From Octopus sinensis (taxonomy: Eukaryota): a stretch of DNA of 64,000 nucleotides. Below, one piece after another: positions 14,152 through 27,350 of this stretch (the stretch's first letter is position 1; every line of letters starts with the position of its first letter). The position numbers and the translations under genes are program-made. The DNA lies in NCBI RefSeq assembly GCF_006345805.1, contig NC_042999.1:170872001-170936000 (forward strand). The letters run 5' to 3'. The notes beneath the pieces were generated by a model. That model saw nothing but the letters and a program-made list of their open reading frames with translations. It did not search any database and had not been told where the DNA came from.

Positions 14152-17100
14152 TCATAGAATCATAGTCAAGGTGGCTTCGTCATTCATACGTGCCATCCTT
14201 GCTACATTCACCCATCTTTTTTTAAAACATTCACTAGACAAAACTTGCCTCTCTACTCTCACTTTTTTCTTCAAGTGATACTTGAAGAAGTTGATGAGAG
14301 ATTGACCAGAGAGGAAAGTGTTTGTCTCTAATCCTTTCAGACGCGTCCACCAGATACATTCTTTCGCCATAGCCACAAGTATGATAAAAATAGCTCTTCC
14401 TTCCCGTTTGAAGGAAGGAGGCGTGACGATATTAACGATAGACTCGGCTGATAAACCGACACGTCCCACACGTGACAGCAGTCGTTCGACATAAGCCCAC
14501 AGGTGGGAAATTGCTGGACACTGCACGATTGCGTGCAGAGCGGTTTCGTCGCTCTGCCCGCATCTCGGGCAGGTCGGCCCCGTGTTTCTCGAGCCATGCC
14601 TATAGAGCTTATCCCGAACGGGTAGCGCTTCTCGGTAGCACCGCCAGGCCAGGGATCTCTGGAAGTTGTCCATAGGTCCCGGCCGAAAGTCGTTTGAAGT
14701 TTGAAACAGGCGGGTCAGGTATTCCTCGTCGACGCCCAGGTTTGCCCCGAGCTCGTCGTCGTCACTCAAGGTCGACCCGGGACGGCAGAGTTGCTTGAGA
14801 GCAACGCGACACTCGCGGTGCCATTCGCCCTTCTTCGGCCTCTTTTTGATCCACGACTGTAGTTCGGTCATGGAGACGAGTTGCGGGAATGCGTGCCTCA
14901 CAAACGGCGACCACACCTGTTCACCGTCGTCTACATAGAGCCGGAGATGTCGCAGTCTCAGCGCGTGTCTGCGCATCATCAACCACGGCATGCCCAGCCC
15001 TCCTTTTAACGGGTGTTGACAGCAAATGGATCGCCTGACCATCGGGACGCATCCTTTCCACAAGAAGCGGAAGAGGATGCGTTCTAGTTTGGTGATGGTA
15101 GGGTCGGGACAAGGTACGACGGTCAGGCGGTAGGTAGTAGATGATGGACGCGATGTACGCGTTCACCACCTCCGCCCGACCTTTTAGGGACAGTTTCCTT
15201 TCGGCCCATTGCTGGGCGAGAGTGACCACCCTACTCGTTATCTCGTTCCAGTTCTTCTCCATTTGGAGGTCCGGACCGAACCAGACCCCGAGCAACTCAA
15301 CCGGGCCGTCTGTCCAGCGTCCCACGACGAGGTACTGGTGGACGGCATGGGTTTGCTTCTCCAGGTGCCGAGCCGCAAGCCCACTGACTTTTCCCGGTTG
15401 ATTTTTGCTCCTGTCACCGCTTCGTAGTCTTTCAGTGTCTCGCCGACCCGCTCGATGTGCTCGTGGCTTGACACTATGACGGTGACGTCGTCCGCGTATG
15501 CAGACACGCTCGTCCCGCATCCTAATTCTCGCGGGATGCCCCTCAGAGTCGCCAGCTTCCGCAGTAGTGGATCAAGAGTCAATACGTATAGAAGCGCCGA
15601 GAGGGGGCATCCCTGACGGACCGAACGTGCAATGTCGAAGGGTCTCGATAGATGTCCATTTACGCGAATTACCGAACGGATGCCTCTGTACAAGGCAGCT
15701 ATCCAGCCGCGGAAGACGGGACCGAAACCAGCCGCTCTCAGGACTGCCTCCAAGTATCGATGGTCTACCCTATCAAAGGCTTTCGATTGATCCAAGTTGA
15801 TCAGGGCCCCACCCATGCCAGGTTCGTTAACTACCCTGTGTATGATGTAGCGCATCAGATGGAGGTTGTCATGGATGCTCCGGCCCGGCACGGCGCACGT
15901 TTGTGCGTTGTCGACCAGTTTCTCCATGACAAGCGCCAACCTCTTGGCTAACACCTTTGTCAAAATTTTCAGGTCTGCATTGAGCAGAGTGATTGGCCTA
16001 AAGTTATCTATAATGTTTCCCTTGTTTGGATCTTTCTTCAGCAGAGTTACAGCTCCTCGACTCACAAAACCGGGTATGCTCCCGTTTTGCTGCCAGTTGC
16101 AGTATACCGCTGCCAAGACGTCTCCAAACAAGTCTGGCATACAATAGTAAAATTCGTAGGGTAGACCATCCAAACCCGGTGATTTGTCCCTCGAGCATTC
16201 TGCCATCGCTTCCCGCACTTCCGCCGCCGTGATGGCACCTTCGCAGCACCCTGCCTTTCTTGTCGAGAGTCGTGGCAGGCTATGTAGGTAGGCACTGAAG
16301 TCTACCCTACGTTCTTGCCCTCCACTCGTCCCGAACAGTCGGGCAAAATGCTGCTGCTGAAAGGCCTCACACATTTTACTTGGCTCGAGCAATTCGCGCC
16401 CCTGTTCATCTACCAGTGACCGAATGGTGGCTTTGTTGCCCTGTTGCGCCTCTGCCACCGGGCCTCTCTCGCGGCTCCAACACCTTCGTTCCTTAGAGCA
16501 CGCATCCTAGCTCTGACAGCACATCCTTCGTGTTTGGCGTTGAAGTGTTGGTCGAGGGCCAACCTCGCCGCCAAAACGTCGGATGCGATGCCGCTTCTAA
16601 TTGCCTCTTCTAGCTTCTTAACTAGCTCACCCTCTACTCTATTTCTATCTATGGCTAGTGCTTTGCTGTACCTAATCGCTTCTGCTTTTACTGCTCTCTT
16701 GAGGGCAAACCACCATTTGTTGTTGATGATGGCTCCCGTCAAAGCCCTCTTTACTAGTGTGCTAATCCGGTCTCTGAAAACTTGTCTGGACGGGAATGAT
16801 GCGTTCAGTTTCCAGTACCCAGGACCCTGTCTATGTGCCTTATCTAAGTCTAGCGTACACGTCACCAATTTGTGATCCGTGTAGCTGACTGTGTGGAATT
16901 GTGGACATCCTAAGTTATCCTTGTCTACTGTCCTACACAGTATCCTATCTAGATACGATCTCGACGACCCACTGCGGTTGCTCCATGTCCACGTTGGTGC
17001 ATTTGGGTGGTCGAGTCGGTACCTGTCAGACAGTTGGAATCGTCGTCTGAGCAGGTCTCTGAGGCATTTGCATCCCCTTCTGTTTCTGTCTCTACCCACG

Positions 17101-17554
17101 TAGTCTACATGCGTGTCCAAGGTAGCATTCCAATCCCCCACTAAGAGTAAAGGACGAGACGTTCCCAAGAATACTTCTAGACGTCGAAAGAAATCCGCCC
17201 GACCTGTTAAGGGCGGTGCGTAGACTGATACGAGTCGAAAAGCGCACCCATTGCTGCCGTCAACATCCAGAACGATCAGTCTACCCTCCGGGTCTACGAA
17301 TATCGTCTTGACTTCGAGATCCAGGCTCTTGTGAAAAAGTACCGCGGTGCCACTACCGCCCATCCTCGGCAGACAGGGAGCGAAATAAATGTTAAACTGT
17401 CCGCCAAACATGGACTTTAGGGCCCGTGGCTCGTGGAGTCTGGTCTCACTTATGGCTATGATTCCCAAATCATGTGACTTGATGTCATTTAGGAGGTATC
17501 CTTGTTTAAAGGAGACCCCAAGCCACGCGCATTCACACAACCAATCTTGACCAT
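14152..17554 (-). pseudogene. Tx1 ORF2 (APE endonuclease, reverse transcriptase, zinc knuckle), four frameshifts
   Basis: Starts MVKIGCVNARGLGS at 17554; ISETRL, VGDWNA, SYLDRIL, TDHKLV; KSPGLDGLPYEFY, FRPITLLNADLKIL, LDQSKAFDRV, QGCPLS, AYADDVT; CPRCGQSDETALHAIVQC. Frameshifts near 17510, 16455, 15335 and 15130. Confidence 0.9.
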
Positions 17555-17608
17555 GATTCTATTGGGGTGTGTGCTTTAAAACACACAAATGAAAGTACAG
17601 AGAGTTAC

Positions 17609-19720
17609 TTACTTGTGTCGAAAGTTTTGGCTTCCTCGTTCTTTGATGTGTCTCGAGGAGGTTCTATATAGTTTTTGGGACAGATATTTCTGGAAACCCC
17701 CTACAGCATTTGGGAAGAGGCTTTGAGTTTGTGGTGTTGTGTTTGTGTGATGTGTAGTATTTTGATGTGTTTGGGTGGTGTAGTGCGTGGATGATTGCTA
17801 TTTTTAAAGTCATCTTCACAAATGTTTGTGTATCCTGTGATGTACTCCATTAGTTTGGAGTCTTTTGTGTCTATCGCTGATAGCATATTTTTTTTGTGGT
17901 GTCGGTGCTTGTTTTGTTGTGTATGGAGTTTTCAGGGTTCAGGTATCTCCCTGCTTTGGTTGCGATTTCTTGTTTGTTTTTCTTGATCTTTTTCTTTTAC
18001 CCCCTGTGGCTATTTGCCATTCTGTCGAACTTTCATCGTTAGATGAAAAGTCTGACGAATCAGCAGGGGGCAAGGGTAAAGCGTCTGGGTGTGTTTGTGC
18101 GGTTGTAGATATTGTTGTGGTGCGCGGGGAGGGTGTTGCTGGGGGTTTGTTGTGGTTATTGTCTCTCCTACATCCTTGGTGCTTGTCTTCTTCGTTGTTA
18201 TTCTTGGTGTTGGAATTGGTTTATTTGTTGTTGGTGGTGATGATTCTGTTCTTGGCGCTGGTGTTGGTGTTGTTTGGTTGGGTTGGTTTGTTCTTTGTTG
18301 TTTTCCTGCATTTCCGCATACAGCTTCTTGACTAGCTGTCCATATTGTGGTGTGGGCAATAATCCTGGCTTTTGTGATTTTTCTGTGGCTGTTGTTGTTG
18401 TTGTAATTTTGCGGCAGATTTGCACTCCTTTTTGAGGTGTGCCTCACTGCCACATGTATAGCATCGTGGCCTTCTGCCCTCGACTACTACGTATAACTTG
18501 CGGCCATCCTCAAGATGTACGTGGGTGGGGATTTTATTTATGTCCTCTTGACTTATGTGGAAGAGGAACTCTATTCTCTTTCCAGCCAGTCCTTGTTTTC
18601 CGAAACACCGATATCTAGGATGTTTATGTCCTCCATTTCGGATGTTACGGCGGATGTAATCCACAGTGTTGTAGTCACTTGGGGGACACCACTGATAATG
18701 ACTTTCGTCACCTTCTGGCCGAGGTAACTCGGTGTCAACGTTAGTTCATCAGAATGAAGGGTTATCGTTGAGAATTTCTTCGCCAACTCTTCATTCTGAA
18801 AAACCACCTGTACGTGTGCGAACTTGTTCGCCCAAGTCACACAATCCTTGTATCCCCAGATGGGGCGTAAGCACTTTTCGACTTTGTCTGTGCTTGCCTT
18901 TTCTGGACTTTTTGTTTTTTTATTTGTGATTTTATATACAATTGTCTTTTTTTTCTCCTCATTCAGTATGTGCTGAGGTATGTGTAAGAGTATTTTTCCG
19001 TTTTGATTTGTAATAAGGTTTCTGCAATCTTTAATCTGTTGTGTAGTAAACGAAACTTTTGTTACCTTTTCTTTTATCGCCTCGGCGAAGTTTGTTGTTG
19101 CTTTGTTATTGTTGTTACTGTTGATGTTGATGGCAGGGGTGTGGGTTGTAGGTTTGTGGTTGCTGATTATGCAACTAGCAAGGGGTGGAAAATTGCCTGC
19201 GTAATTTAGTCCTGCATTAGCGCAAATTTCGGCATTTCGTTTGCTTGTCGTCGTTATTTTTTCACTTGTTGGTGATGGAGTGAGCAGTAGTGGTTGAAGG
19301 GAATTGTTGTTGTCGTCGTCGTCGTCCGTTGTGTTGTTGTTGTTGTTGTTGTTGTGTGTTGTTGTGTTATTGTCGTTCTTGGTGACGGCGGTGGTGTAGT
19401 AGTATTAGTAGCATTGACGGCACGGTCTTTGGTGGCGGTGATGGTGATGTGGTATTGTTATTGGTGGCGACGTCTTTAGTAGGATAGCAGTTTTAGTAGC
19501 AGATTCTGCCATGGTGTTGTGTCGGTGTTGGTGTGGTGGTGGACTCACTGATGGTGTTGACGGTGCTTGGCCTTGTGACCTTTGTTTTGTATTTGTTGCT
19601 GTTGTCGATGTTGATGGTGGCGGAGTTGTCAGGTTCAGCGTATGCTAACAGAGCATCCTGTTTTTCTGCCTCTGCGTCACGGTTGACTTGCACCTCAGCC
19701 TCGTGGTGACCAGTGGCCAT
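17609..19720 (-). pseudogene. Tx1 ORF1 (gag-like, RRM-like region plus CCHC), frameshifted, low-complexity N-terminus
   Basis: Kozak-like AAAATGGC start at 19720; RRPRCYTCGSEAHLKKEC; fragments 18571-18840, 18332-18664 and 18010-18453; probable stop TAA at 17609-17611. Confidence 0.7.
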
Positions 19721-19940
19721 TTTGGAAATAAAATGGCTAAATGAAACCACGAAGGCTATGAGAATTTTTTCTTTTAAATTTTGCCCACAAGGGGCAAAAT
19801 TTTGTGTAGATATTTATCAAAGGTTTACAGTGGATGTTGTTGTACAACTTTTAAGCACAAAATGTTTGTCAATATACACTTTTAAATGGTCAAAATAAAT
19901 GATTACCTTCGGAGCTGAAACGACATCACATCCGTCAGAG

Positions 19941-20028
19941 AGATGATAGAGATAGATAGATAGATAGATAGATAGAGAGATAGATAGAGAGATAGATACA
20001 TAGATAGACAGACATATAGATAGATAGA
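19941..20028. repeat. (GATA)n microsatellite at the 5' end of Tx1
   Basis: Direct sequence; same orientation as the left-flank tract. Confidence 0.95.
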
Positions 20029-20104
20029 ACTTACTTGGAAATGGATGCGTGGCGTTCGATCATATAATAATAGAAATAATATATATGTATATATGCACAC
20101 TTAT

Positions 20105-20260
20105 ATGTATATATGCACACATATAAGAAGAAGAAAAGGAAGAAGTAGAATAAAAAGAAGAAGAAGAAGACGAAGAAGAAGAAGAAAAAGAAGAAGAAAC
20201 AAAAGGAAGGAGAGGAAAAGAGGAAGAATAATATAAGGGTAAAGCCGAAGAAGAAGAAAG
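20105..20260. repeat. (GAA)n-rich purine tract
   Basis: Direct sequence. Confidence 0.9.
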
Positions 20261-20608
20261 GGAAAGCGAAAATGAATGGGGAGAGGGAAAAGGGGAAATA
20301 CATATGTAGTGTCATGTGGACAATAATGAGTGACTCCACTGTCACTGGTACCAAGTTGCATTGGACAAATGAGTAAAGCAATTTTGATGTAGCATATAAG
20401 TATCTTGTGATAAAATAAAAATGACAATAAATGGCGGTGCCCCAGCATGGCCACAGCTCGTGAGCTGAAACTAGAATCAATCAATCATACAAATAATAAG
20501 GATGGTGTTGATGATAGTGGTGGTGATGGTGGTGGTGGTTGTGGTGGTGGTGTTGATGATGGTGATGGTGATGATGATGATGATGAGGAGGAGGAGGAGG
20601 AGGAGGAT

Positions 20609-20790
20609 GATCGACCAGAAGCGCACCAATCTGTACTCAGGGCTACATCAAGGAGCGAGGGCTTCATCTTAGCTGCTCGAGATCAAAGTTTATTGACCTG
20701 GAACTACCAAGCCAACGTGATAAAAGATGAAGTAGACCCGAAGTGCCGATTCTGCAACGATGAGTTTGAAACAGTGGGCCATCTGATACA
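20609..20790 (+). mobile_element. R4/Dong-like fragment (post-RT region with CCHC knuckle)
   Basis: SEGFILAARDQSLLT.NYQ..VIK...DPKCRFC...ETVGHLI, the same motif series as 61360-61659. Confidence 0.75.
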
Positions 20791-21559
20791 GAGATCGGAT
20801 GGTTCACCGACAGTAGTTTATTCCAAACTCTTCCGGTTAGTGATACACTTTTTAAACATACATAATTTATTGACACACCAATTGAGTTTTATGCAAACCT
20901 AACGTTAATTATTTTAATTTGATCTACCATTGCTATAAGATGCTGACGCATAAATTAATTTTAATAGCGGAACATGTCGAGAAAATCTTTCATTTATATT
21001 TTATAAACACATAATATGAATGTAAAATAAAATACATTTTCAAGAAAAATGTTTGTTATCATTTATCGATAATAATCAGTAAATATGTGCAAGGTTTAAT
21101 AAAAAATATGTAACTTTTATGACTTACCATTTCAGTGAGACATATGAGCTTAATGGTAAGAAAAGTGATTTTGGATATTAGGTGGATTACAGTAAACTCT
21201 CGCCATATCCTGGTTCATCTATCGCGGTTTATTAGACATGCAAGTTTTTAAAATCAATTTGAAGGAAATTAAAAATATTCACTGGAAAATGTCAGGTTTC
21301 CGATGTCTGGTCGAGTGATCGCCCGGAATCATTGCATCCCACAGGATTTTGCAATTCTCATTTTCGGTGATTCCTTCTAGAATTGTCTCATACCACGTCT
21401 TTGCACTTTTTAGGCTGTGATTTCCACACAGCTCTCAGTGGATCATTCTTGCCACATGGTCATGGAGTCTTTAGCAATTGGCGTTGTACCAATTTCGGGC
21501 ATTCGCTATGTGCCATACCGTTTCACCCCTCTCACCACAATCATCATCATCATCATCAT

Positions 21560-21800
21560 CAGAGCTTCCTTGTGTTTTCGTTTCGTGGGTAGAGCACTGC
21601 TGTAAAGTAAGCGTGTACGATTGAAATATATTCCTCACATGACCAGTTATACTTTCTTGATTTCATTTGTGGGACATGAGTAGTAACGTCCAGCCCTTTA
21701 TTTTGAAGATCATCATTTTCGTTGGGTACCGGTCCGTTCATTTCTGGTGTTAAATGGTTTTGCATGTGTAGGTTTCCGTACATTTTGTCTAACTTTTTTA
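21560..21800 (-). mobile_element. Possible N-terminal ORF fragment of an R4-like element
   Basis: RKYNWSCEEYISIVHAYFTAV resembles the R.KW..EE...I..CY N-terminal motif of R4/Dong ORFs. Confidence 0.35.
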
Positions 21801-22157
21801 AAGTACGTACTTCCCGTTTGTTACTAAGGGGTTGAATAATACGGATATTATTTTAGTTTTAGTTTTTTGTGCATCGTGGTTGGGGACGGAGGTGGTCTGG
21901 CGTTGATTGGATCGTAATGTGGCTAGCGTTTACACGCGTTGTGCATGTGATGAAAATGACACACAATTAAAATACCTGATTTGATTTGGAAAATAGAAAT
22001 AAATCTTAATATTATTTACTCTGTTATAGTCCAACAATTTTTATTAGTATTACTCGGATATAGTCCAAGACTTTGTTAGTTGTTTTAGGCTCCATTTGTT
22101 GCCTTTATTCCAGATATTTTGGGATAGATTTCGGAGCAGTGTTTTATCACTCTCACA

Positions 22158-22224
<67 letters not shown>

Positions 22225-22775
22225 GAGTGAGAGAGCAGTGCACGTCATCAAAATGACACTGGAGTAAAATATACGAAGCCTAGTATACCCATCATGACTA
22301 CCCGTCTGATAAGGGTACACCAGGCACATGCATTACAACCATATGTGCGCGACATAGTGATCTCATATCAAGATAAACAGCGCATGATCTTGCAGGTGGG
22401 GCCCAGTTAGAATTTTCTTCTGGTCAAGTAGCCCATCCTGCTCAAAAGGTCCCTGAATAAGGGTTGTTTAAGGATGTTGAACGAAACATCCATGTTTCCA
22501 GAGGTGAATTATTCAAACCCCAAAGAATTCCTCTCAACACATAACTATCATGCTCCCCCACTACTTCTGCTCGTGATCAGAGATGCACATATCGTCAGCC
22601 ACTAAGGGACATGCTCAACTGGTAATGGTCAAACAACTGACAATTAAATCTGTGATATTGAGCAGAATATTTGCTGTAGCCCATCTTTTATACCAAGACA
22701 AAACAATGTACATGATAACACTTTCAATCAGCTATCAGAAGTCCCGAAAGCCATTGCCTGGTACTGCATCAGGGC

Positions 22776-22777
<2 letters not shown>
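22225..22777 (-). mobile_element. About 550-bp non-coding element within (AAT)n, longer copy
   Basis: rc of 11127-11627 plus about 55 extra 5' nt (AATGCCCTGATGCAGTACCAGGC...); (TTA)n on both sides. Confidence 0.75.
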
Positions 22778-22841
<64 letters not shown>

Positions 22842-23554
22842 CATCATCATCATCATCATTATTATTATTATTATCATAATGCCTCTTGGCCCTAGAAGGG
22901 GCAGTGCACTTAACTTTTTCCGGCTCTCTTAAACTTCTCAGAACAGTATGAGCAGGCTGGCAATGGGGGTCGTCGTTGAGCAACGAAATTTGAGAAGGTA
23001 AAATTGGGCACAGAGTAATTTCGCGCATAGTGTGTTGGAAGTATGAAAAGTGTTAAAATGAGGAGAAACGATTGTGTTCAGAATGCCTGACTGGAACGTC
23101 GCACATGACATGGCAAATTTCTATTGCAATAGATGTGGAATTGTTAAAAGTCAGAGGAGGGAGAGTAAGGCGGAAAAGAGAGAGGGAATTCAGAATAGAG
23201 AATAGGGAGTATGCCTGTGGTTCATAGACTAGGGCGTATATATGTGAGGTTTATGCAAATATGCATAAACTACAGGACTTTGACCTCGACCTTCTGGCTA
23301 AGACTACGTAAATAAAGTAATGTAAGAAGATAGAAGACCGTCTATGAAATTTTTCGTCTGAATATACCGTATTCTTTCTATCTCGTAAGAATAGGTATTT
23401 CCTGATGTGTCTGTACATATCGATGTTAACACAAAAGCATACTTACATATAAATTATAAATTTGCAGTTAATTTTTACCAGCGCATTTACACACCCCGAT
23501 GCATTTTTCATCATTATTTCATAATCGAAATAACAATATCTTGAAGACTAAAAT

Positions 23555-23815
23555 CGTATAGTATGTATGTATGTATATATGTATATATGGATGTATGTAC
23601 ATATAGACATAAATACATATACATATATAGATATATGTATATACATATACACATATATACATATGTATATACATATACACATATATGTATATATATACGC
23701 ATATACATACATATATGTATATATACATATGCATTATGTATATGTAAGAATATATATACATAAACATATACATACATATATACATATATAAATATATATA
23801 TATATATATATAATA
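23555..23815. repeat. Degenerate (TA/TG/CA) microsatellite
   Basis: Direct sequence. Confidence 0.9.
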
Positions 23816-24022
23816 GGAAATTTTACATCACATTACACAATATAAATTCAAATAAACCGGGAAATTGCTTTCTGTTTTGCAATTTTCCGAACAAAACTCA
23901 TTTTTATACGATTGAATGCCTTTTCCTTTATCAGGCTTGTAAACACAATTCATCTTGTCGTATCAAGAGAAGAAAACTTTGGAACATGTCATCGTTATTA
24001 TTATTATCACTAACACTGTGTA

Positions 24023-24418
24023 GGCGGTGAGCTAGCAGAATTGTTAACACGTCGGAGAAAATTCTTAACGGCATTTCGTTCATTTTCGTGTTCTGAGTTC
24101 ATATTTAACCAAGGCCGACTTAACCTTTCATCCTTTCTGGGTCAAGAAAATCACTACCAGTTAAATGGCAATCGAATCTCCTAAAATTGCGGGTCTTGTG
24201 CCAAAATTTGAAACCATGGCAGAATCGTTACCACGCCGGGTGAAATGCTTAGCAGTGTTTCGTCTATCTTCACGTTCTAAGTTCGAATTCCGCCGAGGTC
24301 GACTTTACCTTTCATCCCTTCGGAGTCGATCAAATAAGTAGCATTTGAGTATTGGGGTTAATGTAATCTACTCTCCTCCTCCCCAAAATTTCAAATCTTG
24401 TGCTTATAATAAAAAGGT
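24023..24418 (+). mobile_element. Two tandem copies of SINE family 2
   Basis: GGCGGTGAGCT(A/G)GCAGAAT...GAGTTC(A)AATTCCGCCGAGGTCGACTTT(A/G)CCTTTCATCC; copies at 24023-24200 and 24217-24418. Confidence 0.75.
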
Positions 24419-24429
24419 TATTATTATCT

Positions 24430-27350
24430 AGGTTTGTATCTGAGTGTGTACCGAATCCCTATTTGCACCTCCGTTTTTTTGGGGGGATGTAAGTTGCTTT
24501 GTATTTTTAAGATATAAACTAGGTATGGTATGATGTTATAATATTTTGCTTTGGTATGTGGTTTAGGTTGTCGATTCTTGGGTAATCTCAGTGTTTCATC
24601 TGTTGTGTAAGCTATGCGCTGTATTTGAGATGTTATTGGTTGGCAAGTGAATATATTTTGTATAAAGTATGTGGTAGGTATGTGTTTTAGTATGAGACAT
24701 TGAATGCATACATTATATGGTGTGTAGTTTGAGTAGCATCATCATGTTGCAAATGAGATTTGTGCGTGCTTGGTGTTATAGTCCGGTATTGATAACATAA
24801 CCATGTATGCTGTGTCTTTTTATTGGACACTCATTGTATATATAATTGTATGTTGTGCAATTTTATTCAGTGGTTATTATATGACTGGTCATACTCTTTA
24901 TCATTCATAGTGTTCCAATAATTACTAGTACATTCCCAACCTCTTTGCTTTAAATTCCTGATCCTTTTATAATACATACTCCACTTCAGTACATGTTATT
25001 TGTTTTGTTGAAAAGAGAACCGAACATCTATTGGTGTGTCTGTCTTTTTTTTGTTTTTTTACATTCACGATTCTACCTGGGCTGGCTTTCGTAGATTTTG
25101 CAGTGAGTCTGGATAACCATCTCTCAGATTATTTTGACTGGGTCATTGTTAATTTCCATGTTTAGTTATCAGTTTTCATATCCAAGTTTTGGTATGTATA
25201 TTACACAGCTGACATCAACTATATCGATGTAGGACAAATGGGCAGCTGGAGATTATATGTTCAGCCGTCTCACTGCACTGGTTTGTTGTCAGCACACTAT
25301 TATTTCATTTTTATAGATTTATGTTTACGCGTTTAACCATTATTAGAGATTCTGTTTTTGCTTTTAGCTAAAGTCTTTTAAGACAAAAGATCTGTACGCG
25401 GCCCATTTTTCTGTGCGATTTCTTGCTGGATATTGGCCATAAAGAGGTTCCTCCCTCCATTTTTCTTCAATATATTTTTGAAATCCATTATGAAAGAGTT
25501 AAACTGTTTCCCATGTTTTGACCTCGTTAAATTCTGTTTTCTCTTTTTCTTCTTTCAGTGTGATTGCTTTCCAATTTCTACCACATATACAAGGAAATTG
25601 TATTTGTCTTACTTCTTATTTTGCTGATCAACTTATCTTTGCCTAAGTATTTTTCTATGCATTCTTGAGTGCTGCTATTGTAATTTTGTAGAAATTTTCT
25701 GTTTGTACTCGACTAGAAATGTTCATTCTACATCACCTGTGGATCGCTTGCTACGGAATTCGTTTGTGTTTTTCATTTTCTTTTTAAATTTTTCATTTCA
25801 TTTAATTTGCTCTTCATTAATTCGAAACTGTAATTTGTAACTGGAATGTCTAACATATTACTACCTGTAATGTCATTTCAAGAACCGAGCTGGTTTCTTT
25901 AACCCAACGACTCAGTCTTTCCTAATTTTCTTCTCGATTTCTTTTTATCTGTTTCATGTATTTTTAAACATTTGTGTGATTCTGGTGCAATTCTTTTACT
26001 TCGGTACCTATGCCTAATTTAATATTCTTAATTTTAGTTAATTTGCTTCTCTCAGCTTTGGTACATTTATTTCATTACCCTCTTTTTTTGCCTGAATTAA
26101 AATTAGGTACCATTTTAAACAGGATTTCACACTCAGTATTTATTTTGTCAAATCTTTATGTCATTCGTATAGAGGAGAAAGGCAACAGAGTAGGAGTACA
26201 TCTTCTTGGGAGATTTCTCTTCTTACGAACACAAAACTTATCTTAAATGTATCCTCTTTGTTTCATACTGATATTGTTTTCTAATTTGTGAAGGCATATT
26301 TAATACATTTCATGAGTATTCAAAATGATTTATTTATTCAATCTCTCCATTTTCTTGGACAGCAAAGACCATCACATACCTTTTGGAAATCAACGTAACT
26401 GATGCTAGATTTCACTATCTTTAATGGTTGATAATTTCACTAATAACTGTTCTTTACAGATATAATTTCCTTCTTGCATCTCACTTTCTGTCTTCTAGTA
26501 ACATATTCTTGCTTTGACGATCTAAAATCAATCCGTGTAGGGTGCAAATAAGGCTTTAAATAATGTTAGCGATCATGTTATAGAGTTATAGATTTGGAGG
26601 TTTCTTTTGTAGTTTGATTTAGGCTTGTTATAGTTTTCCTCTTCAGCATCCAATCAGGCATTGATTTAGACCTGCTTAACACTTAATTGAATGATGTTGA
26701 TGTATTCAAGAATAGCTGCTAAATGCATGGGCACGACATATGGGAACTCGTCAGGCACTACTCTTTTCTAGTTGCTTTCAACTATCAATGTTTCGGTTAT
26801 CATGCATGCTGGGCCGTGATTAAAGTCTGTTATTTCTTTTATATTTTAAAGTCCTGTCTTTTAGTGTTAATGTGAATTTTGTTGACGACCTTAGAGAAAA
26901 TTTGAGGTATTTGTTTAAAATGTTTTTACGACTTTAGGCGAATTTGTTGTCTTCTGGGAAACATCCTATTGTTCATGTTTTTGCAGCTACGCTGGGACTG
27001 AGGGTTTCTTTTAATTCTAGATCTTATTCTTTTTATTGATCATTTTACTTTTTAATGTTCGGCTATCACAGAGTTAGAAACAAGTTTCATTCTCATCAGC
27101 ATCTTTTTCAAAAGTATTTGGGAATTTTCTAGAACATCACCGGATGCATTTACATGTTCCTCTGTTGTGGGGAGCATTGTCTTTCAAACTGTAGAATTGT
27201 GCGCTCATGTTTTGCTTGCTGTGAGATTTGATTTTTGTCTTACCTAAATTTAGATTTATATTAGTTTGCATGATGGGGTTTGTGACTCTTAACTGCTACT
27301 TGATTGGTGTTTTGTGTCGCTAAACCTTGTTTAGAAGATGCATTATGTGT
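24430..27350 (-). mobile_element. Old, heavily degenerate APE-type (RTE-like) LINE
   Basis: Minus-frame remnants such as YVDFQKVCD (compare FVDFKKAFD) near 26390 and CADN near 25285; there is no intact ORF, and the boundaries are approximate. Confidence 0.4.

Larger units (their letters stand above)
13702..19940 (-). mobile_element. Near full-length Tx1/L1-clade LINE (about 6.2 kb)
   Basis: ORF1 with a CCHC knuckle, ORF2 with APE endonuclease, RT and C-terminal CCHC, and a pyrimidine-rich 3' UTR ending AATAAAGAAACA-(TATC)n. (GATA)n flanks both ends; the exact 5' boundary is uncertain. Confidence 0.9.

Noticed and set aside
17598-17614. GTAAGTAAGTAA donor-like motif between Tx1 ORF1 and ORF2
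   Set aside because: Explained by the ORF1 stop region; no convincing acceptor before the ORF2 ATG.
19915-19945. GAAACGAC...CCGTC at the Tx1 5' end as a possible ribozyme
   Set aside because: No CUGANGA core in a compatible position on either strand.
21188-21230. TA-CAGTAAACTCTCG, resembling a Tigger/pogo TIR
   Set aside because: No matching opposite TIR was found, so it cannot be supported as an element.
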